Assembly (NCBI GenBank): GCA_000708835.1
Contig: DF237225.1
Coordinates: 1 to 64,000, forward strand
Length of the DNA: 64,000 nucleotides
Reading direction: 5' to 3'
Origin: Klebsormidium nitens
Lineage: Eukaryota > Plantae > Klebsormidiophyceae
The notes beneath the pieces were generated by a model. It was given only the letters and a program-made list of their open reading frames with translations, was not told where the DNA came from and ran no database searches. A program made the position numbers and the translations under genes. Shown here in pieces: positions 1-11,800 of this stretch. How positions within the stretch are numbered: the first letter of the stretch is position 1; each line of letters begins with the position of its first letter.

Positions 1-632
1 TCTAGTGCAGCGAAGAACCGACCAACGCTGGTAGTTTGGGCCGAGAAGAGGGGGTATTTCGCCGTGCGACGCACGATTCACGGCGGACGTGGGGCACCCT
101 CAGCATTTCCGGCGGTCGACCTTTTGGACCAGTTCGTACTTATTCCATCAGTGGGCTGCTTGTCCGGAAGCCCATGCACTATGCACTGCGAAGTGGTTGG
201 CGAGTCGGTCGGGTTTCTTGGTTATTTGACCGGTGCTTTGTCCCTAAGGATTCGATTTTCGTGATTATCGAATTGCCCGATGTCGCGGCGGGGGGACAGC
301 TGGCAGAATCCTCTGCGATACCGTTACCAGGCAGCACCGTCACTGGAGCTTCTGAGCCGTCCGATCGCGCGATGGACGCGCGGGCGCCGATCGCGACGTC
401 GTTTTTATGGTGAACTTCATTTGGTAGGCCCCTGAGCCTGCGTTCGAGCACAATACGCTGTCTGCAATTCTCAACGCCGGGCGAAAATTCTGTCAAGTAG
501 GGTACATAGGGTACAACAAGTTTGTCAGGGCTGATCCCACGGTTCAGCGGTGTTGGAAGCACCAATCGACGGCATCGCATCCGCGAAAGGTTCCCACGAG
601 GTTGGACCGTTCGGGCAGAGCCTAAACAGTCT

Positions 633-815
633 CACGTGTCAAGCGGCCGGGGAGTTCGCTGCAAGCTGCACCGTGATCCTCAGGGCAATCGTCCAGAAGG
701 ATCCACGTTTGAGGCTGTGAACTCCTGAGGTTGAGGTGGCACATCTGAGCCCCGCGATTGGCTGGACCTGCCGCAGCAGATCAGAAGCCTGGAGCAGGGT
801 GCAATTGCGGATAAG
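633..815 (+). promoter_or_regulatory. Candidate light-responsive elements upstream of LHCB6 (G-box CACGTG 633-638; I-box GATAAG 810-815)
   Basis: Exact hexamers lie 270-450 bp upstream of the ATG at 1085. G-box/I-box pairs are typical of plant Lhc promoters, but short motifs also occur by chance. Confidence 0.3.
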
Positions 816-1084
816 AAGCCGTGGGAAAGAATCAGACTCTTTAAGCTTCCTTATAGATTTGCAACGTCTTCCAGGATTACAAGCGGTAATCCAGGATACT
901 CACGTTGTAAAATCCTTAGGTCCAGGAGTGCAGCATTGTCTGCATTGCGCACATTGCTCTCTCGGAGTGTTTCTTCGTGCTGAAAAGGCCTTGCAAGCTC
1001 TTAGGGAAGCTTCCCAAATCTCAGACGCACGCTCACCTCCTCCACCACACACCACCCTTTGCAGCCGCTCCTCCCTTAACCAAA

Positions 1085-3536
1085 ATGGCTGCCGTCGGTA
1101 TTTGCGCTCGCGCCGTCGCCACCCCGGCGGCGTTCGCTACCTCCAGCAGCAGCCTGAGCTCCAGCAGGGCGATCGCCGCATTCCCCCTTGCTTACCTGCA
1201 GAATGGATCCCGCACAGTCATGAGGGCAGGGACCAGGAAGGTCACCCGCTCGACCAGCGGCCGCAAGCTGAACTGGATCCCCGCATACAAGGCAGACAAT
1301 GACTTGAAGAACCCCTCGTGGTTGGATGGCAGGTGAATTTTCACTCAAATTTAAACCGGTGCAGAGGGTTGGATCCCTGTCGTCTGAAACATCCATCTCT
1401 GGACTGACGCGAAGCCAGAATGGAGTCCCTGCATTGCCTGCTGAGAATAGCCGATTCAAAGCTTCTTTCGACAAGGTCACAGTACCACATTATAAGGAGG
1501 AAGTTTGCCAGCTTGGGTGGTTGATGAGATGCAGAAAAATACCGTTAAAAAAAGAAGATTATTTTTCTCCTTATGCTGGTTCAATGATCCAGCTGACTGC
1601 TGAAAGCTCAATCTACCATGTTTATCTTCAGCAACATTACTGTATGGGATTCTATTAGTCTGGGAGATTTAGTGCACAATCACCTTTCCACAAAGAAGCC
1701 TGCAGTTATATCTTGGAGAGACAGGGAAATTTGCAATAGGATACCAGCACAAGATTATATCAGAAGAAGATAGTAGAAGACTGTATTGCACAGACAGCAA
1801 GTCTCTAGGGTGACAGCGTACAGTCTTCTGTCACAGAAACATAACTGGTGTGAATGTATCTGAAACTTTCTTGTAAGAAACCATTGTCACTAGCAGTGTG
1901 GGTCAACATAAAAATGCAAAGGAGTCTGCAAGAGGAGTTAGGTTGAAACATTGGGAGGAACAGACAAGGGCCAAGGAGATCTGATAGTGCAGGCCCACTG
2001 TAAAAGTTTTGCCACAAATAGTAGGAAGACCGGGAGCTGTAGATTCTCAATGTGCAAAATACTCCTAGGTCAAGTGTGGAAATGGTTTGTCAGAAGGCAA
2101 ACAGTCCGGCTCGTTGATTAGCACACTAACACGCGGAGCCACTTCATAACCTGATCAGAGCAACTATTCTTCAAGCGCTAATTAGACCTTCCAAAGAGAC
2201 CTGCCAAGTCTGGAGCAGCAGTTGCTGAGAAGCTTCGCAAGAGCTCAGAGCCAGGACTTGCAGAATGGTCGACGAGCCCTCCTGAAATGATGCAACTGGT
2301 GACTGAGTTTGTCTTCCCTCTTCTCTGCAGCCTTGCCGGAGACTATGGCTTCGACCCTCTTGGCCTTGGTAAGTCCAAATGCCAGATACAGTTTGACATC
2401 ATTGCACTCCTCCCTTCAACTCCTGAAAGACTGCTAGCTATTAGGCCTTGAACCTAGATTCAGGTACATACACAAGGCAAACCAGCTGCTTCTTGGGTAG
2501 CTGTGGACACCAGTACCTTGGTCTCTCAGCCTTGTGGTTGTCTTTTCTGGTCAGCATCCCAGCCGCATAGATGCAGATCGATTCAATCTGTCAGTGTCAG
2601 CAGTTCTGTTCCTAAGGAAGGTTGCAATAAGCTGAGCCTGCTTGAGGGCCTGGCTGCAGACCAGAACTGAGGGTAGAATAAGGTATCCAATGCGTCAATG
2701 ATCCAGGTTTTTGCGCAACATAGGGTCTGGGAGACACTTGGGTTCCTGTGGAACAGACAGTTTTAATTATCCAGACTCGAAGAGCGGCCGGACATAAAGC
2801 ATTACCAGGAATACCCTCAAAAGATGGAGCGCCATTTTGAAGCCACCGAAGATCCCTTCCAAAAGCCAGACTCCCCAAGCCTGAATCAAGATCATGCCCT
2901 CCACTCGGTAGCTTTCCTTTAATTCAGGAGAAAGCGAGCTGTGAATATGGATCTGCAACAGGCTCGTATTTTTAAAATAATGCCAAGGCTGCAAAAGCTA
3001 AATAGGCTGTCTCTGCAACCACAGGAAAGGACCCCGCAGCCCTCAAGTGGTACCGTGAGGCCGAGATCATCCACGGACGGTGGGCCCTTGTTGCCACCCT
3101 TGGCTGCCTGATCGGCCAGGCCTTCAGCGGAATCCCCTGGTATGAGGCCGGTGCCGCCCCCGGCGCCGTTGCGCCCTTCACTTTTGGAACCCTTCTCGGA
3201 ACCCAGATCCTGCTCATGAGCTGGGTGGAGGGCAAGCGGTGGGTCGACTTCTACAACCCGAGCTCGCAGTCGGTCGAGTGGGCTACTCCTTGGTCCAAGA
3301 CTGCCGAGAACTTTGCTAACTACACGGGCCAGCAGGGATACCCCGGCGGCAAGTTCTTCGACCCCTTCGGTTTGGCTGGGAAGGTGACCGGCGGCGCGTA
3401 CCAACCCGACTTCGCCAAGCTGGAGAGGTTGCAGCTCGCGGAGATCAAGCACGCGCGGTTGGCGATGGTTGCGATGCTCATCTTCTACCTCGAGGCTGGC
3501 CAAGGGCTGTCCCCCCTGAGCCCCTTCGGGTTGTAG
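1085..3536 (+). CDS. LHCB6: Minor PSII antenna protein CP24 (chlorophyll a/b-binding), 3 exons: 1085-1332, 2331-2368, 3025-3536
   Basis: Phases join as [37 protein letters not shown]. The CP24-diagnostic segment [42 protein letters not shown] and the C-terminal [30 protein letters not shown] closely match land-plant LHCB6 as recalled. N-terminus is Ala/Ser-rich like a transit peptide. Confidence 0.95.
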
Positions 3537-5479
3537 ATAGCGCATACGGGTTGTAGCTAGGTGTTTGTCCTTGTAATAAGTCCGTCACAGATCCGTGTAA
3601 TAAGTTTCCAAACAGTCAGATTGAACGGGCAGGTTCCATAGGAGCTGGTTCGTGTCGACTCGCAGTCGTACCGCTGTGCCACGATCAGGCGGCGTGGTCA
3701 AATTGACCTTCTCCAAGTGTTTGTTTTGGATGCAAGGCAACAGAGTTTCAAGTATAATCGAATGTGAACGCCTTGTTCCAATCCCTACAGCGGTCACTTG
3801 GACGCGCTGTTCTTGATTATAGGCAATGCTCAACACACATGCACTTCTGGCGGCCATCATGTAATTGGTTCGAAACTGATCGGAGACAAGTCTAGGCACA
3901 CATTTGCAATGCATGACGGTGAGCTTCCGATTGAGTCCAGCTGTTGTGATCCTAGCAACACTGAAGCTTCGGCATGGGATCGATCTCATCATGGCGCAGC
4001 TTAATAGATGTAATAAGAAGCTCAGTGCCTGGAGCTATATGAGCATGCTCTGCTCATGGCTTAAACCGTCAGCATGATGTGTCTAAACAATCGAACTGAA
4101 TGACACTGACTGAAACCGTCGCTGCATGCATGTAATATCCGCGGTGTATAGGACACGGGGCTGACAACTTGCATGAATGTCACTCGATCAACACCGAGGA
4201 GATGATGAACGCGATCGCGGACCTGATCTACAACCGCTTCCGCAAGGGGAAGGACAAGGAGTAGTCAAATTTTAGTGTCCTATTAGCACGGATAATCTAC
4301 CCCGTCGCAGCATTGAAACATCTCATTTGCATAACATCCGACCCATCATGCATCTGGCACTTGCTAGCTAGAGTAATTTGTTAGCATGCAGTCTAGGTTA
4401 CTTGCATCCACCCGGACATGACTTACAATTCCGTAGCAAGTTGTAGAGTCAAAAACACCCATCCCGGCTTGGCCGGAGACCGTGCTCAATGGCTGAATGA
4501 GGCTAAGGGCGTTAATAAATTGGAAGTTACCATCATGCAGATCGAGTCATGCAGCAAACTGAGTGCGCCTACCGCCGCAGACCAGCTCAGACAGTTAAGT
4601 ATAATACTCAGCATGGGCAACCATGTACGAATGGTCCCACACGTACAGCCTTCTATATATAATGCCGAATCCATGTCATGCATGATGCATGCCCCGGCGC
4701 CTGCGTTTGGGACCATGTGCAACTTAATACCATCATTATTGAATTGCGAAGCGTCACACGTGGCCATCAAAGCTTCATAGACTTTGAAATACACGAAGTA
4801 TAGGTCAATATGACTATGTGTTGTCGGATCTTAGACAACGCACAGTGGTTGCCGCCACATACAAAAGCATAGGACTTGAGATCGTTTGTTTGGCCCTCTC
4901 AACTCAAGACATTGATCATTACGCTAATCACATGAGTAACGTCTGAGTCTACCATCATGCCATCGAGCTGAACAAACATGGCGCAGATGCATCCCGCAGC
5001 TAATTTGGAGGGAAACGAGTACTATTAATGCGCACGCCATACGTGCCATACTTCATCGTATATCGCAGACGAATCGTTGCATAATTTAGACATTCAAGCT
5101 CCACTTTTTTACGCTTTCCTTCCCCCGCACTGATCGTCCTGCAGCTTCGTAGTCTCTAGTCCCAAGCACCACACCTGTCCTTGCCATCTAAATCGGGCTT
5201 GTCAATATAGCACCTTTTGCCTCCCAACTTACACATGGTTCCAACGCACACTCTGCGCCACCTTCTGAAGCACCTAGCATATGCCAACATTACGTCCGCC
5301 TGCTTTCGAACCGGTTATCTGTTCCTGCTGCCGTGTTTTGATGCCTGAGCCTTTGCGCTGTCTCCTCGCCAAATAGGGTCTGCGTTCCAAACCCCTCGCT
5401 TCCGCTGCCGGGCCTATCCAGCTTCTCAACACCCACTTTCCGAGTAATATCACCCACACCGCAACCAGCTTCTCCGTAT

Positions 5480-5895
5480 ACTTTGCACTTTACAAGCAAA
5501 CAAGAAGAACACCTCCTTCACACTCACCTTTACCGCTCCGTCCCCCCCCTCCACCGGCCCCCATCCGCACTCCTCACTGGATCGCCCTCCACCTCCCCCC
5601 CTTCTCGCTCTCGTTCACACCCGGGCTTTTTCACACCCACCTCCTTCACTCCCTTCACAAGAAGACATGTTCCGGCCATTGCAGCTAGCTTCGCGACGCT
5701 CTCATTCAAACTAGGGCCTTTTCCCCCACCCTTTCCCCCCCGTTCACACCGAAGCCTATTCCCGTCTTAGTAGAAGTTTCCGACACCCGGACTCGACGAT
5801 ACCCGCCGTGATGCACCCACCCCGCCTCCCGTGCTCGTTCACCCCCGCGCCCATTCACACCCACCACCCCCGCCCGTTCACACCGGGGCCTGTTC
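5480..5895. repeat. C-rich low-complexity tract with recurring TTCACACC/TTCACCCC units (G-rich on the minus strand, downstream of the beta-CA stop)
   Basis: Repeated cc(g/a)ttcacacc motifs and C-runs are visible between about 5500 and 5890. Confidence 0.6.
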
Positions 5896-5898
5896 CCC

Positions 5899-8800
5899 CT
5901 ATTGCAGCGTCTCGACGCCCGGGGTGTCCAGCGTCCACGCGGACATGGCGCCTTCGACGAAGTCGTAGTACCACCCGTGCNNNNNNNNNNNNNNNNNNNN
6001 NNNNNNNNNNNNNNNNNNNNNNNNNNNNNNNNNNNNNNNNNNNNNNNNNNNNNNNNNNNNNNNNNNNNNNNNNNNNNNNNNNNNNAGGCGGAAACGGAAC
6101 GGAGCGAAGTTGGTAACTATAAGCAATTCGGCTTGGTTGACGGTGACCGTTCAGATCAGCAGGTTTCGCAGCGAGTTGTCGACACTTTGCTGTGGCGGAA
6201 CCGGAACGGAAGGATCTAGCAACTAAGCTAGATGTGGTTTCGCTGCGAGTTGTTGACGCTCTCCTGTGACTCAACCGGAACGGAGCGGAGTTAGCGGCGA
6301 AGATGTGGTTGACGGTGAGCATTCAGGTCGGCAGTTCTAGTTAGCAGGTTCCGCAGCAAGCTCTTGATGGGCCGGAGTGGGAACCCAGAGCGGCTGAGAA
6401 AGCTGCGATTCGTTTCATGGTAAGCGGTTGGGCAGCAGTTCGGGTTAGCAGGTTCCGCAGCGAGATGGTGACGCTTCCCTTTGGCGGAACCGGAACGGAA
6501 GGACTGCTAAGCAAAATTGGATGTCGTTACAGTGAGCCGTTAGGTCAGCAGATTAGGCCAAGATGAAACGGACCGGCACAAAGTGAAACGAGCCGGGTTG
6601 TTGAACTGGGAAGAAACGGACCGGAACGCCGCTTCTTAGTACGTAAAAGAGACCGGCCCTTACTTTCCAAGCTCTTATACCGAGCCGCTACATCACTCCT
6701 CGATAGGGCCGTTTCGCAGTACGTACGAGGGACTGGTCGTTACCTTTTTGCAGTAGCGCAGCTGTATCTCCAATTGTACGGGTCAAGATCGGAATTATGT
6801 TCGCCGCAATCAGAAATCCGATCCAGGATTTGAGGCAAAAACTTGTAATCTGGTAGAGCACTTCTAGAAGGTGCAAGGGACCGGTCCTTACCTTTTCGCA
6901 GTAGCGCAGCTGGGTGTCGAGGTCCTTGTCCCTACCATCCAAGCTCTTACACCCAGCCGCTCAATAAGAAACGTCACCACCTCTGATAAGGCCGTTTCTA
7001 AGTACGTACAAGGAACCGGTCCTTACCTTTTCGCAGTAGCGCAGCTGTGTGTCGAGGTCCTTGTCCTTACCTCCCAAGCTCTTTTTCCCAGCCGCTCACT
7101 CAAAATATCACTACCTCTGAGAAGGCCGTTTTTGAGTAGGTACAAGGGACCGGTTCCTCATTCAAAAACACTACTAAGTCTGATAGGCCGCTTCCAAGCA
7201 CGTACGAGGAACCGGTCCTTACCTTTTCGCAGCAGCGCAGCTGCGTGTCGAGGTCCTTGTCCTTACCTCCCAAGCTCTTTTTCCCAGCCGCTTACTTTAA
7301 AAAGATCACGACCTCTGAGAAGGCCGTCTTTGAGTAGGTACAAGGGTCCGGTTCCTCATTCAAAATCATTACTACCTCTATTGAGACCGCTTCCAAGCAC
7401 GTACGAGGAACCGGTCCTTACCTTTTCGCAGTAGCGCAGCTGCGTGTCGAGGTCCTTGCCCTTGCACTCCTCGAGCGTTTTGGCCCTGGCGGGCGCCGCG
7501 ATGGCCATCCAATCGCCGATGTAACTCCGGGCGCCGCTGCAAAGATTCCACTTGATTCATTGGTTTGTAAGCCTAGTAAAGTGTTCTTGAGCCGTGGAAT
7601 TCATTGGGCGTTAGGGTAGGTCCCGGACTGGGGCAAACGTGACCTTCGCTTTGAGGTTCCAATCGATTCAGAGGCTTACTATTCACTGGCTTTAAGAGTC
7701 CCCGAGAAAATTGGGCTTGAACTTCTATTTAAAGGCTGGCTTCACCTCTCACTACTTTCAAACGTTCAACTTGCAAACTTGTATTGCATATTTGATTGAC
7801 TCCACCTGAACGCCGTTGAGATCTGGTTCGAGGAGAAGTTGATATCAGCTCTAGAAGACCATAAGAACACCGGTCGCTAGGACAGGGAATCCTGCTTCTC
7901 GGAAGTCAACAAAGTGGCCTCCTGGATCGGATGAACTTTTCACGAGAAAGCCTGAAAGCTGACGGGTACGGCTTTTGAAAAGTGTAGACCGCTATTGGGG
8001 AACACTTTTGGGCTGTGGCAGTGATTGTTCAAACCGGTCGTTTTGAGAGGAAAGAAACTGAACGGGACTTCAGACCGCAAAAAGCAACGTACTTGGCAAG
8101 CTCCTCTGCAAATCAGCTCTATGCTCCAAGGACACGGTAGAACATGCGATACTCGTTAGCAAATGAAGAGCAGTCTCGATTTTATGTTGAGTTACGGCTA
8201 TGTTGAGTTATGTCATGCCCGGGGGACGGGTGGGGTTGGTTTGGGGGTTTAGGGTGGGTACCGGTGCGGAGCATGTTAACTTTTGGGTTTGGGGTTTTAG
8301 TTTGCTTGCGCCCGGGGTACTGATCTAACTCAACATACAATGAAGTCAACATAAAATCGAGACTTATCAAATGAACCGTGCAGACATGTTGACCGCACTC
8401 ACTTGATCGTCGCAGGCTCCGCATCCGGCTCCGACGTCATGAGCGCATTGATGCCCCCGCAGGCGCGATGCCCCTTCACAATGATGTGCTCAACCTGCGG
8501 CAGAAAAAAGCTGACATTCGCGCTTGGCTCAGGAAAGAGAGCCCAAAAAAAACTTTTCGAAGCAGAGATTTCCAAAAGAAAAGCCACAAGTAAAGAAGGG
8601 ACGATGTTACGGAGGGGAGGCACTTGCCGGAATGAACAGCCCCAGTGAGTTCGATATGTGTATTCAAAAGATGAACCACCGAGGACTTGAGCTCGGCTTC
8701 TGGGCGCGCTTGCAAGTGGCGACTCTGCTTCCAAGCAAAGACCGGCCCCGTTTCAAAAAGTTTACCAGGTCAAGAGCGGTCTAAACTCGTGAAGGAACCA

Positions 8801-11800
8801 TGTCAAGCCAAAGCTCCATCAGTCTTGGGAAACGTTTGTACGCGCAGAAAGCGGCTCAAACCAGGACATTCGACAGCGTGGTTCAGAAGAAAGTTGACAA
8901 TTTTACTGTAACAAGGGCCGATTCACACGTCTCACGATTGACTCTCACCTTGAGGTGTAAAACGGCGTACTCGAGCGCGGCGGAGGTGCTGTGCAGCTTG
9001 CCGGCCTCCTCCATGGGGGGAACTAGGTTGGCGATGTTGCGCAGTGTGAACACCTCCCCCGGGCTCGCGCTCATGATGGTGTCCGGGGACACGCGGGAGT
9101 CGCAGCAGGCGATGATGAACACCTGGAAAAGGAAGAACAACCGGTTGACCATTGATATCTTTCTGGTTACTAGACCGCCGTGTTTGTTGGCTATCTGAGC
9201 TTGAGTTTGTGGGGTAGTACAGGCGCGGGAGTCGCAGCACGCACTGATGAACACCTGGAAGAGAAAGGAATAACCGGTGATTACCAGCTTTGGCAAACCT
9301 GTTTGTCGATGAAAATCAGTAAGCTGTGTTCGTCGAGTAACTCGCCTTCAATAGGGTTCTCGGTATATTGATATCTCGTCTGATGATGTGAGTGTTAAGG
9401 AAAGCTCCAGAGGTAGACACAACGGCGACTTTAGCGATTCCGACTTTTCCTCCTCAACGCCAATCCGCCTTGCCTAGAAGAGTGGAAGGAAGTCCGAAAA
9501 ATGGAGAAGAGGTAGCTTGTAACTGCGGTCCGTAAGGAAAGGTGACCGTACGATTCGTTGATCAGGGCACGCTTGCAAACGGTTCATAATTCCAGTTTCA
9601 AAGGAAACTAGCTACACCTATCCTGCATGGGTTGGAAGCACAGGCGAGACGCTGCGTAGACCGAATCAGGATATACTTTGCAGCAGGCTCGCGTTCTAAG
9701 GATAACGATTGCAGTTCAGAAATGCTACAGTCAGGAACTGTGGGAAGTGCGTTTTCAGCAGTTTGTACTGAACTGTGGAAAAGCGACCTGAGGAACCGGA
9801 ACCGCCAGAAGGCCGGAAGCGATGAAAATTGAACTCCCGTTTTGGCAATCGAGAAACAGACGGGCAAAGCAGAGGTGAAGAATTGAGCCAAAAATGGAAT
9901 GGACCACAAAAGGAGTTGATTCCCGTACCTTGGGAGATTGGCCCGTCTTGAGGGGCTCGAACAGATCGGATTCCTTTCTGCGCGAAGAGAAGATGAGCCA
10001 CGATGAGTCAACAAATGAAGCAAAGCTTGCCGACCCTCTGGGCACGAGATTGGCCCATCGCTCTTCTCCTCTCCCGCGTACCACAGTTTAGCCTACTGCC
10101 TGAATTTGACGCGAAGATGAAGCTGAGTGCATCCGGTGCCCTTGCACAGGCAAAGACTTCGGCACTGTTTTTAATATCGATCCAGGAGCCGCACTGCTTG
10201 AGAAAACGTTAAAGCATCGGCTTATCTGATTAGGTCCAGGATGCTACGAATACCTCCTTACCGCACCAAAACCACTCACTCGAAAACGTTCGGAGATTCA
10301 CGTCCTTATCATTATCAGACAGGGCAGAACGTTGATCGCAGCGGACCCAAGCAGGAAAACGCTTCTCCTAGATAATCCTCGTTTCGCTTCGGCACACGCC
10401 CACGTGCCTACCTATCAAGCCCCTCTTATACAAGGGACTCACTTAGAGTAGTGAGACTTAAAAAACTCGACAAAAGCCAACCTTGAGCTTCTCAATCGGC
10501 AAAGGAGCATCCGGTCAAAAGAGACTTACTCAAAGTAGTGGGACTTGAAGCCGACAAAGCCGTTCTTGAGCTTCTTGATCGGCGACGGCTCTTCCGGAAC
10601 CTTTTGCAGCAACTCGTGATGTACAGACCTCGGCACGGGCACTGGGGCCCTGTAGAAAAACAGGGTCTCGTTAGAGCTAACCTGGAACTAACCACGGCTT
10701 GAGATGTTGATGCACAGGGGTTTAGCACCGGCGCTGTCAAAGGGGAAATTGGGGGGCGGTCGAAGGGTCCTCTTGGGGAGGCCCTGTACAGAAAAAGGGT
10801 CTCGTTATAACGGAAAGTTGGTTAAGTTTGACCTATAGGTCAAGAGACGATGTAGCACTGGCGCTGTCTCAGGGAGGATCCGAGGGCCCTGCAGAAAAAT
10901 AGGGTCTCGTTAAACAAGCAGGTTGGTTAGAATTTACCCGTAGTCAGGGGACGGATCTAGCACTGGCGCTGCAGAGGGGAGCCGGGAAAGGGCCTAAGGG
11001 CCTTCTTGGGGAGGCCCTCTTTAAGAAGGTTTGCGTTGTGGGGAAGAGCTGGTCAAAATAATCATAAAAGCAAAGGGGTCAATTCATAGGGCCTTTGCAG
11101 TATCACAGGAAGGAGGGGTGAAATGGGGTGCCCTAAAATAGGATCCTGCGGATTGTTGTACAGTCACAAAAGTCGGGGTCTTACACAAAGAAATGAAACT
11201 CCGAGTGTGAATCGGTCTTCCGTCTGGCCCACAAGACTCTATTCCTCTAAAGCTCGCTACCCGTTGCAGGCGCTTATTTCCAGCCTCTCAGATCTGTACA
11301 CGAACTTGACCATCTTCCGAAAAAAAGAATACCCCCCGTATGGACACAGGGCGTTGATTTCAGCAGTGGATGCGAAAAAGCGGTACTCTTGTCGTAGGAT
11401 TCCCTGTATCTGGCAGAAGCTACGGCGAACCTCAGCATTTGGGAACTGGAGAAAGGGATGGTGTGCAGAGTCAAGGAAACAAGGATTGGATCACCTTGCG
11501 AATGCTGAGGCGAGCCTGGCTACTTACTTTGCCCTCACAACAAAAGGAGCATATTGTCTATCTCTGACTGCCTGGCATCATGTGGTCCAGATTGCATTAT
11601 CTGGATGAATCTGGAGCAGCATCAAGGCTCGCGGAATAAACGATCGTGTGTTGAGGAGTTTCCATTTCACCCAATCGTCACCCTTCCCAGTTGCCTTGCA
11701 ATCGAAACTCATTTCTTTGAATCGTTACTTACTCAACGTCCGTCATTCCGGTGTCTGAGGAGACGGTCTTTTCCAGTTCTTCTGCCACAGCAGCCAGCTT

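Noticed and set aside
6650-7460. Regularly spaced repeats resembling a CRISPR array
   Set aside because: The context is eukaryotic, the intervening sequence is itself repeated rather than unique spacers, and the unit is a copy of a beta-CA exon end and donor.
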